Source of the DNA: Oopsacas minuta
Taxonomy: Eukaryota; Animalia; Porifera
NCBI GenBank assembly: GCA_024704765.1
Contig: JAKMXF010000133.1
Coordinates: 248,001-312,000, forward strand
Length of the DNA: 64,000 nucleotides
Direction of reading: 5' to 3'
The translations under genes and the position numbers were made by a program. Positions 32,221 through 43,630 of this stretch are shown piece by piece (the first letter of the stretch is position 1; every line of letters starts with the position of its first letter). The notes below the pieces were generated by a model. It did no database searches. It worked only from the letters and a program-made list of their open reading frames with translations, and was not told the origin of the DNA.

Positions 32221-32676
32221 TTAAAATTCGTTAGAAATGCGTCTATAGAAGAAATAAGCTGTTAGAAAATAAACGAGAGCTAAAAATAGGATCGAAGCAG
32301 CACTCTTTAATGATACACCACTAGCTCTAGGCTCGGGAATAGTATCTGGCCTATTTACTGAATCGTTTTTCCTAACCTTGCTAACTGTCAAGTTCTCTTG
32401 TAGGTGATTGGGTTGCTCTATCGATGGAGAACTTATATTTACAGACCGTTTCACAGATCTCTTCTTTGATTTTTTCTCACTACACATAGGACAGTACCAT
32501 CGCTGATATCGTCTTGGCATTGTATCAGCTGTTAGTCCCACACAAGATATATGATACTCTCTTGAGCATTCCATAGCACTACATCCTATCCACCATATTT
32601 TGCTATCCTCTCCGTCATCCTCTGCCTTCTCACATAAAGCACACGTGTCAATACCTCTAGCCAGTGGAATAGTCAT
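32221..32676 (-). CDS. 151-aa PHD-finger protein with a C-terminal transmembrane helix
   Basis: C4HC3 CALC...WWIGCSAMEC...YHISCVGL...WYCPMC; basic KKSKKRSVKR; hydrophobic AASILFLALVYFLTAYFFY then RRISNEF. Confidence 0.75.
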   Translation of the reverse strand: MTIPLARGIDTCALCEKAEDDGEDSKIWWIGCSAMECSREYHISCVGLTADTMPRRYQRWYCPMCSEKKSKKRSVKRSVNISSPSIEQPNHLQENLTVSKVRKNDSVNRPDTIPEPRASGVSLKSAASILFLALVYFLTAYFFYRRISNEF

Positions 32677-32807
32677 TATAGCTAATTAGAATAGTTAGTT
32701 AAGCCACCTGTATAATAATAATATAGCTGTTATGGAGAAATTCGCCAAATTGTGGACAACATTTTTGCAATTCATTTATTAATATATCTCATTGAAATTA
32801 TACATTA

Positions 32808-33557
<750 letters not shown>

Positions 33558-33683
33558 CTAACAAAAGACGATAAATAAACAAATTTCTACTCACTATATT
33601 AAAGAAATATATAATGAACAGTAAATATATATCAATACATGAAAACTAATCAAAATCTCTGAAAAGTCAACACTAAATAATGT

Positions 33684-35549
33684 TTATTGTGGGAGATTTT
33701 CCTTGTCAACTTCCTTCCCAGAAGTATCAACCATCTTAATAAACCCAGACTTATTCAGTTTATCAATAGCATCCATTAGTTTAACTGCTTCCTTCTCTTT
33801 CTCTTCTTCAGTCATTGAATCGATTTCTGAGGGCTCTTTAGACTTGGGGGCTGCGGTTATAGGATCGAGATTAGATTGACATTGTAAGAACTCCTCTGTG
33901 TCAGAATCCTGACTGTCTGAGGAGTAGCTCGCCTCCCCTTCATGTGATCCCCCTCCCATTAACCCCCTCTGCATCAAAAGACCAGCAGCATTCCCAAACC
34001 CAGTATACTTAACCATCCTATCTACATTCTCTTTACAGAGTACAAATAAGAAATCAGCTGTTGAGTAGGCTAACGAGTAATCAGAGTGTATCATAAGTTT
34101 AACTATCCTTCCTTTCATATCCTTACCATCTTCTGGTCGGCTTGTTACCTTCTTAAGTGGAGGCAGTACTCTCTTCCTTACGTAGTGACGAATAACAGAA
34201 TTACCTCGGGATAAAGTACGTAGAGTTGGCAGTAGTGTTATTTTAGTTAAGGTCATTTGATCGCATTTATCTTCATTACACAATAACTCTTCATCTAACC
34301 TGTCAACTAGCAGTTTGATAATTGACAGATTCCTTGCTTCATATTGTACTAACAACCGTGTATTTTGTGCTACAACCTTGCAAGCACCTTCTAATAGCGT
34401 ACAAGGTGGGGGAGTAATTTCAAGACATTCCTTACTGAATATAACGTTACCAAGTTTAGGAATAAGAACTGGTATAAGAGAATAAGGAATATTCATCAGT
34501 AAATTTACACAGTCATTAAACAGCGTCTTGTATACGATATCAGCATTACACCAACCTGAGAAACTAACAACCAACAATCTGAGATCGTTATAAAGTCTTC
34601 TAAGGCAATCCTTATTCCCAGGACTATCATAAAATTCTGTAGTCCAATTTGCTGTTAGACTGAATAGAATTTTCAGAGAATCTACTATCATTCCAACAAC
34701 TTTAATTTCTGGGAGAGAAGTGACACAGATCACATCAAACATCATCTCTGAAGTTAGAGGAATGTTCTCTTCAAGTAAAGCAGTGTCTATTTGCTTGCTT
34801 AATTCACTTACAAGATATTTCCTGGCTAGACTAGGGGGGTCAGGTCTGTATGAAAAGTGTACCCACTGGTGTACAAGTGAGCACACGATTGAGAACCCAT
34901 CCGTATCCTCTAGCACCCTGTTCCTCTCCGAGGGGGAGCAGGCTGTAATCAGGAACAATAATTTCAGATCATAGACTATCAGATCAAGAGGTAGATGGAT
35001 GGAGACAGGTCCCACGTATCCCTTCAATCGGTTCAGTAGAGATTCAACTAAACAAATATTCTTCATATTATCTATAATATCAGAAATGAGACCTGAATTG
35101 TGATTTACAAATATAATATTTATCAGAGTCTTTGTGCCTTCAATCCATGCATCAGTTTGTATGTGTGATGCAGGCAGATAGCCTTTCTTCATAGCAAGAC
35201 AGTAGGGAACATCTTGATAGTATAATCCCCCGGTAGACGCAATAGAGTGAATATTCTCTATTTCTAACAATAATTCAGGTGTTCCATCTCTGGTTAGAAT
35301 TCTTAAACAATTTGTGCTAGCTAGTAATAGCTGTAAATTGTCGGTACTAGTGTCTTCTGTGAAATAAATATTTTGTATACTATCTCTTATCTGTTTCAAT
35401 AATTGTGTTGTTATTGGTTTCTTTATTGTGTTATCAAACTTTCTAATCTCAGCATTGTCTTTGTTGAACTTCTTTAGTTTGTTTATTATATTTTCTGTGT
35501 TTTGTGTCGTGTCTGTTTCGAGTGCTTTTTTTAGGGATGATAGATCCAT
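33684..35549 (-). CDS. RIC8: Synembryn / RIC8 G-alpha GEF and chaperone
   Basis: CLRILTRD, YDLKLLFLITA, RKRVLPPLK, FLFVLCKENVDRMVKYTGFGNAAGLL, MTEEEKEKEAVKL. Confidence 0.93.
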   Translation of the reverse strand: MDLSSLKKALETDTTQNTENIINKLKKFNKDNAEIRKFDNTIKKPITTQLLKQIRDSIQNIYFTEDTSTDNLQLLLASTNCLRILTRDGTPELLLEIENIHSIASTGGLYYQDVPYCLAMKKGYLPASHIQTDAWIEGTKTLINIIFVNHNSGLISDIIDNMKNICLVESLLNRLKGYVGPVSIHLPLDLIVYDLKLLFLITACSPSERNRVLEDTDGFSIVCSLVHQWVHFSYRPDPPSLARKYLVSELSKQIDTALLEENIPLTSEMMFDVICVTSLPEIKVVGMIVDSLKILFSLTANWTTEFYDSPGNKDCLRRLYNDLRLLVVSFSGWCNADIVYKTLFNDCVNLLMNIPYSLIPVLIPKLGNVIFSKECLEITPPPCTLLEGACKVVAQNTRLLVQYEARNLSIIKLLVDRLDEELLCNEDKCDQMTLTKITLLPTLRTLSRGNSVIRHYVRKRVLPPLKKVTSRPEDGKDMKGRIVKLMIHSDYSLAYSTADFLFVLCKENVDRMVKYTGFGNAAGLLMQRGLMGGGSHEGEASYSSDSQDSDTEEFLQCQSNLDPITAAPKSKEPSEIDSMTEEEKEKEAVKLMDAIDKLNKSGFIKMVDTSGKEVDKENLPQ

Positions 35550-35853
35550 CAGTAAAGTTATACAAATAGTGTATTATGTAAAAACAGAGCTAGCAAAGTT
35601 ATACAATAAATTCTTGTTATAACGAAGCAACAAGGGACCCAGTTTCATTTCAATACAAGAGAAGAAAAATCATTACTTTCAAAGTATAGGAGAGAGATCA
35701 CTTCAGTATAACGGTTGAAGGAAAACGAGACGCATTTGTTCTATCTCGCGGGACGTAGCCCATCGGATGAGATTTAGCGAGAAAAGATACATAACATCCC
35801 GAAAATCAGAATTAAGAAGTAAAGGGCTGGCTACATAAATGGATTACAAAAAG

Positions 35854-36165
35854 AATATACAAACTACAATACCGCAGGAGTAGTTATAATATACAAACTA
35901 CAATACCGCAGGAGTAGTTATAATATACAAACTACAATACCGCAGGAGTAGTTATAATATACAAACTACAATACCGCAGGAGTAGTTAGAATATACAAAC
36001 TACAATACCGCAGGAGTAGTTAAATATACAAACTACAATACCGCAGGAGTAGTTAGAATATACAAACTACAATACCGCAGGAGTAGTTATAATATACAAA
36101 CTACAATACCGCAGGAGTAGTTATAATATACAAACTACAATACCGCAGGAGTGGTTATAATATAC
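35854..36165. repeat. Minisatellite, 34-bp unit, 9 copies plus a partial
   Basis: Unit AATATACAAACTACAATACCGCAGGAGTAGTTAT in head-to-tail copies with only single-base variants. Confidence 0.97.
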
Positions 36166-36437
36166 AGCAGTTTAGGTTCTCAGTATCAGTTTATTAAATT
36201 TGTTCAATCAATTGAAGTGGACAGTTCAAAATATGTACAGAGTGAAAATATTTTAAATTAGAAGCAAAATACTGATACCAGTTCGAAGTGACAATCACAA
36301 ATTGTACAAAACTGAATGAAATTGAAAAAGGAAATAAATACTGTGAAAGCATGCAATCTAGTGAATAGATGATATTTGCTAGGTTGAAGGGGAGAAGAGG
36401 GAAAAGGGAGAAGAGGAGGGAGGGATAATAATCTGAA

Positions 36438-39400
36438 TTAGTCAAAACTGCTTGAAGAGAAAGCTAACTTAAACGTGTAAGCTGCTTGATGATTTGCTAA
36501 AAAATAAATAAATGAACTTAGAAAATTCGATAAATATAAATAAGTAAGTTACTTGAAGTGTGCACTGTTGCATGATTAGCCAGAACAAGTGCGTTTAGTG
36601 CTGATTCTACGTCTAACCATTGCATAAGTCCAGCTCTAGCCTTGCCATCTAATAATTCGTACAAAGTAAAACACATGAATTCAAATACACAATGATATGC
36701 AGTTTGATATCCAATAAGCAGGTAGATGTAAATGTGTAAATGTAACTTACTGTATTCAAAGAAACGAATAGCAAGAGGCTTTGTGATTTGTAAGAGTTGA
36801 AATATCTGCGAAATAAACACAAAGAATTTGATTATTAAAATATGTAATGAGATAGTTTATGCTCACATTCAAAAGTGAATCATTAGTGCTATCTGGTGGA
36901 GCATTATAGAAGTGTAGAACTTTAGTTGGAGAAAAGATCCCTAGAGAATGGAGAATGACATGATACATATTTAATTTGCTAATATCAAATCTAACAAGAA
37001 CATTGTTGTTGTTGTTGTTGTTGTTGTTATTGTTGACTTACGGTTTTTGGAAGAAACATCAGTCGGAATGAATCTACAAATATACACATGTTAATATAAG
37101 AATGAAATATCCCATATATACAATAGACCCCCATGTTACCTGTTATTCCTAGAATGTGAATACTCCCTAACAGCTAGAGAGTGATCATATAGCTCTGCAA
37201 TATACCCAGAGGGAGGATCTGCTATGAACGGATGACGAGATATCCTAAATAGGAATAATGTAAATATACATACAGCTTCGAAATAACTGATCTATAATGT
37301 GTATAATGTGACGTACGAAATTTCAAGATTATTCCCCATTAATTTCTGTTGGTTTAGATGTCTTATAGCATACGTTGCAGCTTGCTTTGAATGCAATTGA
37401 GCCATAGCTATTCCATTCTTATTTGTGAGTACTTTAATCTTGATAATATTCCCATAACTGCATAGCAAGTTGAATATATGGTCACAGTTTAATCGATCAT
37501 CTATCCCGTATATCATTACTACCGTATCTGATTGTACCAAAGAGTTTGGAGGTGGTGTAGGATCGTCTATTGCTGATAAATCTACACATAACACATGTGT
37601 ATGTAATCAAGGAATCTTGATTGAGGTATTACAACTTACCTTCATTTGGAGACAGACCATTAGAAAGATGTTTAGCTCTATGAAGGGGACTATGCTCTTG
37701 AAATGTACTATGTGGGATATGTCCCTGACTGGCTAATAGATGCTGACCAGCTGGTGTGTATGTAAGATTGTGAAGTGAAGCTGCTGTAATATGTAATGAA
37801 ATTATTACACGCGATTTCGTTCAATAAGGTTAAAGTTCATCGTTAATTTAATATAAGGAATTACTGCATTGTCTCGAGGTTTCATGGATTTGTTCATTAT
37901 GATAATATGATACAATTAAGAGAAGCGGTATATGTCATATGAGATTATATCATCACTACTAATATACAAGCATGATTGGGTATATTACTATTTGATCAAG
38001 AATTTGTTTCGTAATTAACACATCATATATATTTGTAATTCATTAAAATACTGACTTATTGAGTGTCCTATAACACTAAAAGGTTCGCAAAAGCCCATTT
38101 TTCGCAGGACAGAAGAATACGTAATATGCAACTTCACAAATTCCAAAATATGCCTTAGACATTAAGATGCTTGTATTAATAACATTTACATAATTATTGT
38201 GTATAACTAACTAACCAGATGATCTATCCATTGTATAATCCCAGGTAAGTCTATCATTTCTAAATACGTTCAATCTTTCAGTCTAAAATGCATGTAAAGA
38301 ATTGTTAATTAGTGTTTACTAAATAATTGGTGTTTGAGGCTTTGAGCTAACCTTTGAGAATTCTATTCGTAGTGTACAACATCCTGAGTATATGTCTGCT
38401 CCGTCTAATGCCTCTTTAGCTCGGAGAGCTGATTCAACACTTTCAAATCTAAACAATATACATCTATAAATCATTCGCAGCCGATGAGATTTAAGAATAT
38501 TTGTATCTAACTAAAACTACGTACTCCACTAGAGCTTGTACTCCATTCTTACTGAATATTACAATCTTCTGCACAGCTCCGCACGGACTGCTAATTGTTT
38601 GTAAGATATCCTAATGTGTAAATGCACATATGATATTAAAATACTACAAATAATGAAGTTCTATTCTTACACACCACTGATATAGGATAGATAGGATTCA
38701 ACACAGTATATAGGAGAATGTGTGTAGGGTGTGTGTGAGTAGGAGAATTAGAGTTATTCGAAGTTGGTGATTTCGGATCAAAGCCATAAGGCGATCTATT
38801 GAAGAAAAACTACCATGAACTAGTGAGCTTAATCGAATAAAGAAATCTTAAGAAACTCGCTTAGAACAAACCGTGTGATCTCCTGACTGGTTGAGTAATT
38901 AAAAAACACAGGTCTTCCCATTATGTACTGTTGGTTTTCCTGTGCATCTTTAACACAGCTATGCGCGGCCTCACATAACTACGAATACATAGAATACAAG
39001 TAAATAACTCTAAGTAAGAATCACAAGGATATAACCATCATCAGTAAACACATTATACAGAGCTCTAATGGTACCATTAATGTTTGTTGTCAAATTAAAA
39101 TCCATTTTAGTGTTTCTCTTACCTCAAACTCAATTAGAGACTGTCTAAGCTTTGGCATCATAGTTACATATCTATAGGAGGACAGATAATGATAGTAACA
39201 TCTGTTTAAGAATTTGTTGTATGGTTATGAGAAATCACACATCTAATAGTAACCACGTGTGTGTTCGTTTACGTAGCATGAAAATTGCGCGATTTACAAT
39301 TGTGGAGCTAATTAATAAATTACAAAATACTCACTTAATTTTTCCATATTTGGAAAGAGAATTGTTCATTTCGTGTGCAGTACAACCATCTGGTACAGCA

Positions 39401-39627
39401 CGTGCATGTACTACGGGAGATTCTGGCGGTGCATGTGGATCTAAACTGCTCTTGTCGCGTCGGAAATTATCAGATCTCTGACATTTTGAGTTTGGTGTGT
39501 ATTCGAAGTTATCCTCATTGGAGTGAAGTGATAGATTCTTTTCAAGTAAATTAGCTGTTGAGTCTGTAGGGGAGTTGGGAGTAGGAGATAGAATAGTAAC
39601 GCCAAGTTCAATTGGGTGTTCTGCCAT
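36438..39627 (-). CDS. HNRNPL: hnRNP L-like four-RRM protein, many short exons
   Basis: SPVVHARAV, YVTMMPKLRQSLIEFE, FNYSTSQEITR, ILLYTVLNPIYPI, LNVFRNDRLTWDYT, VVMIYGI...IFNLLCSYGNIIKIK, SRNNRF...KVLHFYNAP, GLMQW...ALNALVLANH, YTFKLAFS. Confidence 0.88.
37003..37035. repeat. (TTG)n / (CAA)n microsatellite, 11 units with one variant
   Basis: Read directly; starts immediately after the GTAAGT donor on the minus strand. Confidence 0.95.
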
Positions 39628-40045
39628 GATGTATTATATGTAATAAATGACTGGGTGCTCTTAATAAGTGTTCAAGTGCTACAAACATAAATTCCAATAA
39701 CTTATCGCTCTGTTATCAGGCAATTTATAGGAGTACAAAGTTCAAATACAATCGAAAGATAGCCATTACATATTTCCCTGTGATATATATATAGTTAAAA
39801 TTGTATAAAATTCTATGAAGAAACCAATGCAAATCTTGATATAATATTAAAACTATTCAATAAAGGACGATATATACCTTGCATTGAAATTAGCAGAATC
39901 AAAGGCCTAATTATTTGGCTATTATTACAAAAAATTTTTCAGTTATTGGGTGCTGTTTTTTCTAAGATTGCACATAATTTTTTTCTTAAGAAAGCTAACT
40001 GCAATTGTGTTAGTCCTTGACGAACCGGGGCGCCGATAAATGCAT

Positions 40046-40855
40046 TCAAAGGAGAAATAGTTTGGCTTGGCAGGACAGAACGAATGGAATAATATAATCT
40101 CGTAGAAGTATTGACATTGGCTTCTTATTTTCAGATATTTCAATAATTGTGCGTTGCTTAGCGTCCTTTCTTTGCCAGTCAAGTATAACTAACTTAAGAG
40201 ATGTTGATAGATAGTTGAACTTCTGAATCAGCTGTAGGAGACGTTCTGGTGTGCCTGTAGCAATGTGACATATATGTTTTGACATATATTCTTGCTGTTT
40301 GTCTAGTTTCATATGTTTTGCAAATAGTTTTGCAATGACACAGTCATTTCCTAGCGCCAATTTGGCTTCGCGTGCCATCTCAAGCGAGCGAACAGCAGAT
40401 GAGCTAATCATCAAAAGAAGAGGAGAACCAGTTTGTGTGTGTTCAGATTTTTCTTGATTCCAATTATCCGCAAAAAACATAGTTAGAAACTGAGATAATA
40501 CAGTATTGCCATCAGAACATTCATCCATTTTACATTTAGCAAAGTTCTTATAACTTAGAGCCAAATTTTGTTTAAGAGATATTCCATCTAACTCTGTGTA
40601 AGCATGCTCGCTGCAGAATGTATCAAACTGTGTGTACTGGTGTTTCCTTTGAAGTATAATATATTGTTCTTGTTGCAATGATTCTTCAGGTTTATGACAT
40701 TTCACCTTCTTCATAGCTGGTATTGTACTCTCCACTATATCCTCTTTATCAATTCCCTCAGACATTTTGGTTCTTTTCCTAGTTTTCTTAGCTATTATTT
40801 CTTCTATTGGAGGCTCCATTTGCTCGAAATGTATGTTTCCAAATAAATCGTCCAT
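40046..40855 (-). CDS. CMSS1: Protein CMSS1 (cms1 small-subunit processome factor)
   Basis: GSPLLLMISSSAVRSLE, IAKLFAKHMKLDKQ, ATGTPERL, LKLVILDW...DAKQRTI. Confidence 0.9.
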   Translation of the reverse strand: MDDLFGNIHFEQMEPPIEEIIAKKTRKRTKMSEGIDKEDIVESTIPAMKKVKCHKPEESLQQEQYIILQRKHQYTQFDTFCSEHAYTELDGISLKQNLALSYKNFAKCKMDECSDGNTVLSQFLTMFFADNWNQEKSEHTQTGSPLLLMISSSAVRSLEMAREAKLALGNDCVIAKLFAKHMKLDKQQEYMSKHICHIATGTPERLLQLIQKFNYLSTSLKLVILDWQRKDAKQRTIIEISENKKPMSILLRDYIIPFVLSCQAKLFLL

Positions 40856-41538
40856 CCTATCTTAATGCGTATTCTAAGCTTAAGTATTTATGTAATCAAT
40901 TTACAAGTAATATTTCTCAGAACAGCCAACCCTTATTGGAGCTATTTCTTGTAGGAATGGATTCATGTCCATCCCATAGAGATAGTGTAGAATTACCAGA
41001 TTAACTCACGAATTAAAATGTCTTGTATTTGAAGTAATATAATATTATTTACCAAATAGTATACAAACAATCAAACAATCAAACATGATCGCAGCAAAAT
41101 ATATTGTTTGAATGGGTAAACTAGTCTGGATAACTCTAGAATTAAGTAAATGTAAATCGGAGCAGTTTAATATTACATCAAACATTCAGACAATAACAAA
41201 TGCAAAGAGATTAACATACGTATCCTTCTTTTTACTCAAAAATATACAAAAGTTTTATCAAACAAAGTAACAAATATAAAGAAAACTCACTTCATTTCAA
41301 TTCTCAACATCCACAAAGTAACAGCACAGGAATATTATATGTAGTAGAACAGCAAAAATCAGAGTTAGATAGTATATTTACACAAACATGATGAATATAT
41401 ATAAAAAAGAATAGACTAGCTAGCTCATACAATCATTTTAGGGATTCAAGGCATATTTGAAAATTAGAGCTCATAAAAATGTAAGATACAACCGTGAAAA
41501 TCACAAAGGTTAATAACCCCATTATATTTATATATCAA

Positions 41539-43116
41539 TTAGATTACACTCCTTGAAAATTCACTAGGACTATCTCTACCATTAGTGTTGTTGTACAGGG
41601 AAATGGCATCCATAGTGAACGTATTCTCAGTTGCGGATACTTCAATAAAAATAACTTCCAGCAAAGCAAAGCATATTTTGCACACACGTACTGGTTTATG
41701 GTAGCCAATACATGGTATTGGAGCAGTGTTACTACTGCAAGACTGGCAGAACACTCTACCACAACATCTACAGTGATGTCTTCTGTTCTTACTGTCGAAG
41801 GGAGAGAGACATTTTGAATTCATACAATTGCTAACAAGTGAATCTTGTACCCAGACTAACTTGTGTTTCAAAACTGAGGTTTGTAGCTCATCAAAATCTG
41901 TCTGTTTCTCTTCAGATAAATGTTTGTATTGTTGGATAATCGTCTCACAGTCGCTACGTAGTTTGGCTACCTGATTTTCCTGAGCTGTTCTGAGTCTCTG
42001 AGTATCGAGGAGATGTGTTTCTTCTTGTTTACGTAATTTTTGTTTGATGCGATCAATTTCTCCAACTTTCTGTGACAAACTATACATTAGCTTTTGATTG
42101 TCTCTTTTAAGATTTTTGAGTTTTTCACCTGTCTCCAGATCTTGTGAGGTGACAGCTCCTGGATAGGAGGCGAGAGAGGACACAGACCTGTCCAATATAG
42201 GAGTGTTACCTCTCGTACTACTCTCCATCTGTATATCTTGCTTCTCTCTTATCAGATCTTCTAATTGTTCTAGAACAAATCTTATCGGTCTCTTTAAATC
42301 ATCGATACGAGTACCAGGACTATTCCCTTCTATAACATTCTCTAGTAACTGTCTGTAGCATTCTAATTCCTTTTCTCTAAAGTATCTCGTTATAGATTCG
42401 TTCTTCAATCCCATCCGTACAGCTAGTTGGTACGGAGTTTCATTGCTCTTTGTATTAGCAATAGGGTTAGCCTTCCCAGTTCTTATCAGAATATCTGCAC
42501 ATTCCAAATGTTCATCAGAATCACCCTTCCAAGCGATTGCATGTAACGGTGTCCAACCAAGGTTGTTAGCTAGATTCGCATCAGCTTTGTGTTCTAATAA
42601 CAAAAGCACACATGGATATTTACCGTTTTTAGCTGCTAGGATTAGAGCAGTATTATTATCAGAATCCTTTAGATTAGGATCAACTCCTTTTTCCAATAAT
42701 GTAACTAAGATATGATGATCTCCCCGTTTAGCAGCTCCCATTAGCTCTTCACAGAATCCGCTAGCTCTGGGACAATCAAACTGTAGCGGTAGATCTATAC
42801 CATGTTTTGATTTGGTTATATCTCTTAGGGCTACTCGTGTTGTCTCATGGTGTCGATCATCTGCTTCTTTACAATTAAGACAAATTTTCACTAAACTGCC
42901 ATGAGCCGCTAAGCAAGACTTACAAATTGGCCCGTGACATAGTCTACAGTGAGAACGGACACCAATCGCTAGCTTAGCGAAAACCCTCTGACAAACAGAA
43001 CAATTCCTGCAGGTACAATTCTTAAAAGATTTATTGCATAGCGTGCAGGCGATCGAGATCTTTGTTGGGGTTTCAGAAGATGTTGTGAGAGATGACTGTG
43101 AAGAAGAATGCAGCAT
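41539..43116 (-). CDS. FYVE-like zinc finger, ankyrin repeats, coiled coil and canonical FYVE domain
   Basis: N-terminal CSVC...RSHCRLC..ICKSC...ICLNC; ANK TALILAAKNG and GWTPLHAIAWKG; C-terminal WVQD...RRHHCRCCGRVFCQSC...RVCKIC. Confidence 0.85.
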   Translation of the reverse strand: MLHSSSQSSLTTSSETPTKISIACTLCNKSFKNCTCRNCSVCQRVFAKLAIGVRSHCRLCHGPICKSCLAAHGSLVKICLNCKEADDRHHETTRVALRDITKSKHGIDLPLQFDCPRASGFCEELMGAAKRGDHHILVTLLEKGVDPNLKDSDNNTALILAAKNGKYPCVLLLLEHKADANLANNLGWTPLHAIAWKGDSDEHLECADILIRTGKANPIANTKSNETPYQLAVRMGLKNESITRYFREKELECYRQLLENVIEGNSPGTRIDDLKRPIRFVLEQLEDLIREKQDIQMESSTRGNTPILDRSVSSLASYPGAVTSQDLETGEKLKNLKRDNQKLMYSLSQKVGEIDRIKQKLRKQEETHLLDTQRLRTAQENQVAKLRSDCETIIQQYKHLSEEKQTDFDELQTSVLKHKLVWVQDSLVSNCMNSKCLSPFDSKNRRHHCRCCGRVFCQSCSSNTAPIPCIGYHKPVRVCKICFALLEVIFIEVSATENTFTMDAISLYNNTNGRDSPSEFSRSVI

Positions 43117-43630
43117 TTATTTAGCGATTTGTAATTGCGGTCTTCTGTCGTGTCTATTTAATATATATTAATATTTAAGTAATTAAAAGAGTATTTTACT
43201 GAAGTTATCATTATTTCTATGACGAGCATATTTGATAGATGATTACTACTGTATGTAGTGTAATAGCTTCCAGTTTATCTCGAGGATAATCTATTAATAT
43301 AATGCAACCGAACTGTTATGACGAGAAAGCACAAGACATAATAAACTCGAGAACTTTCTACTACTTATAACCAAAATATCTTACGTGTCACAAGCTAAAT
43401 AGCAGGTAGAATCAGTTCACGTAGTGGCTGTTTATGAAACGCCCTAATTCACAACCTGATTAATAGACAATTATATAACCTATAGTCATTCGAGTCAACC
43501 CGCGTAAATACAAATTAATGTACTATCCACATACTTAGTTGAAATTAATATGCCTTCTTCTCGCTATAAAAGAGAGATAAGATCAGCGAATTTGTAATTA
43601 CATTTTCGAACAAAGATTAATTTGGTAGCT

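Noticed and set aside
35854-36165. CRISPR array
   Set aside because: Units are directly head-to-tail with no unique spacers, no cas genes are present, and the context is eukaryotic; it is a minisatellite.
37930-37960. C/D snoRNA starting at a minus-strand GTGATGA in the HNRNPL intron
   Set aside because: No CTGA D box at a suitable distance and no terminal stem.
41220-41230. U12-type donor-like GTATCCTT
   Set aside because: Intergenic, on the strand opposite the nearest gene, with no matching branch site or acceptor; none of the mapped introns is U12-type.
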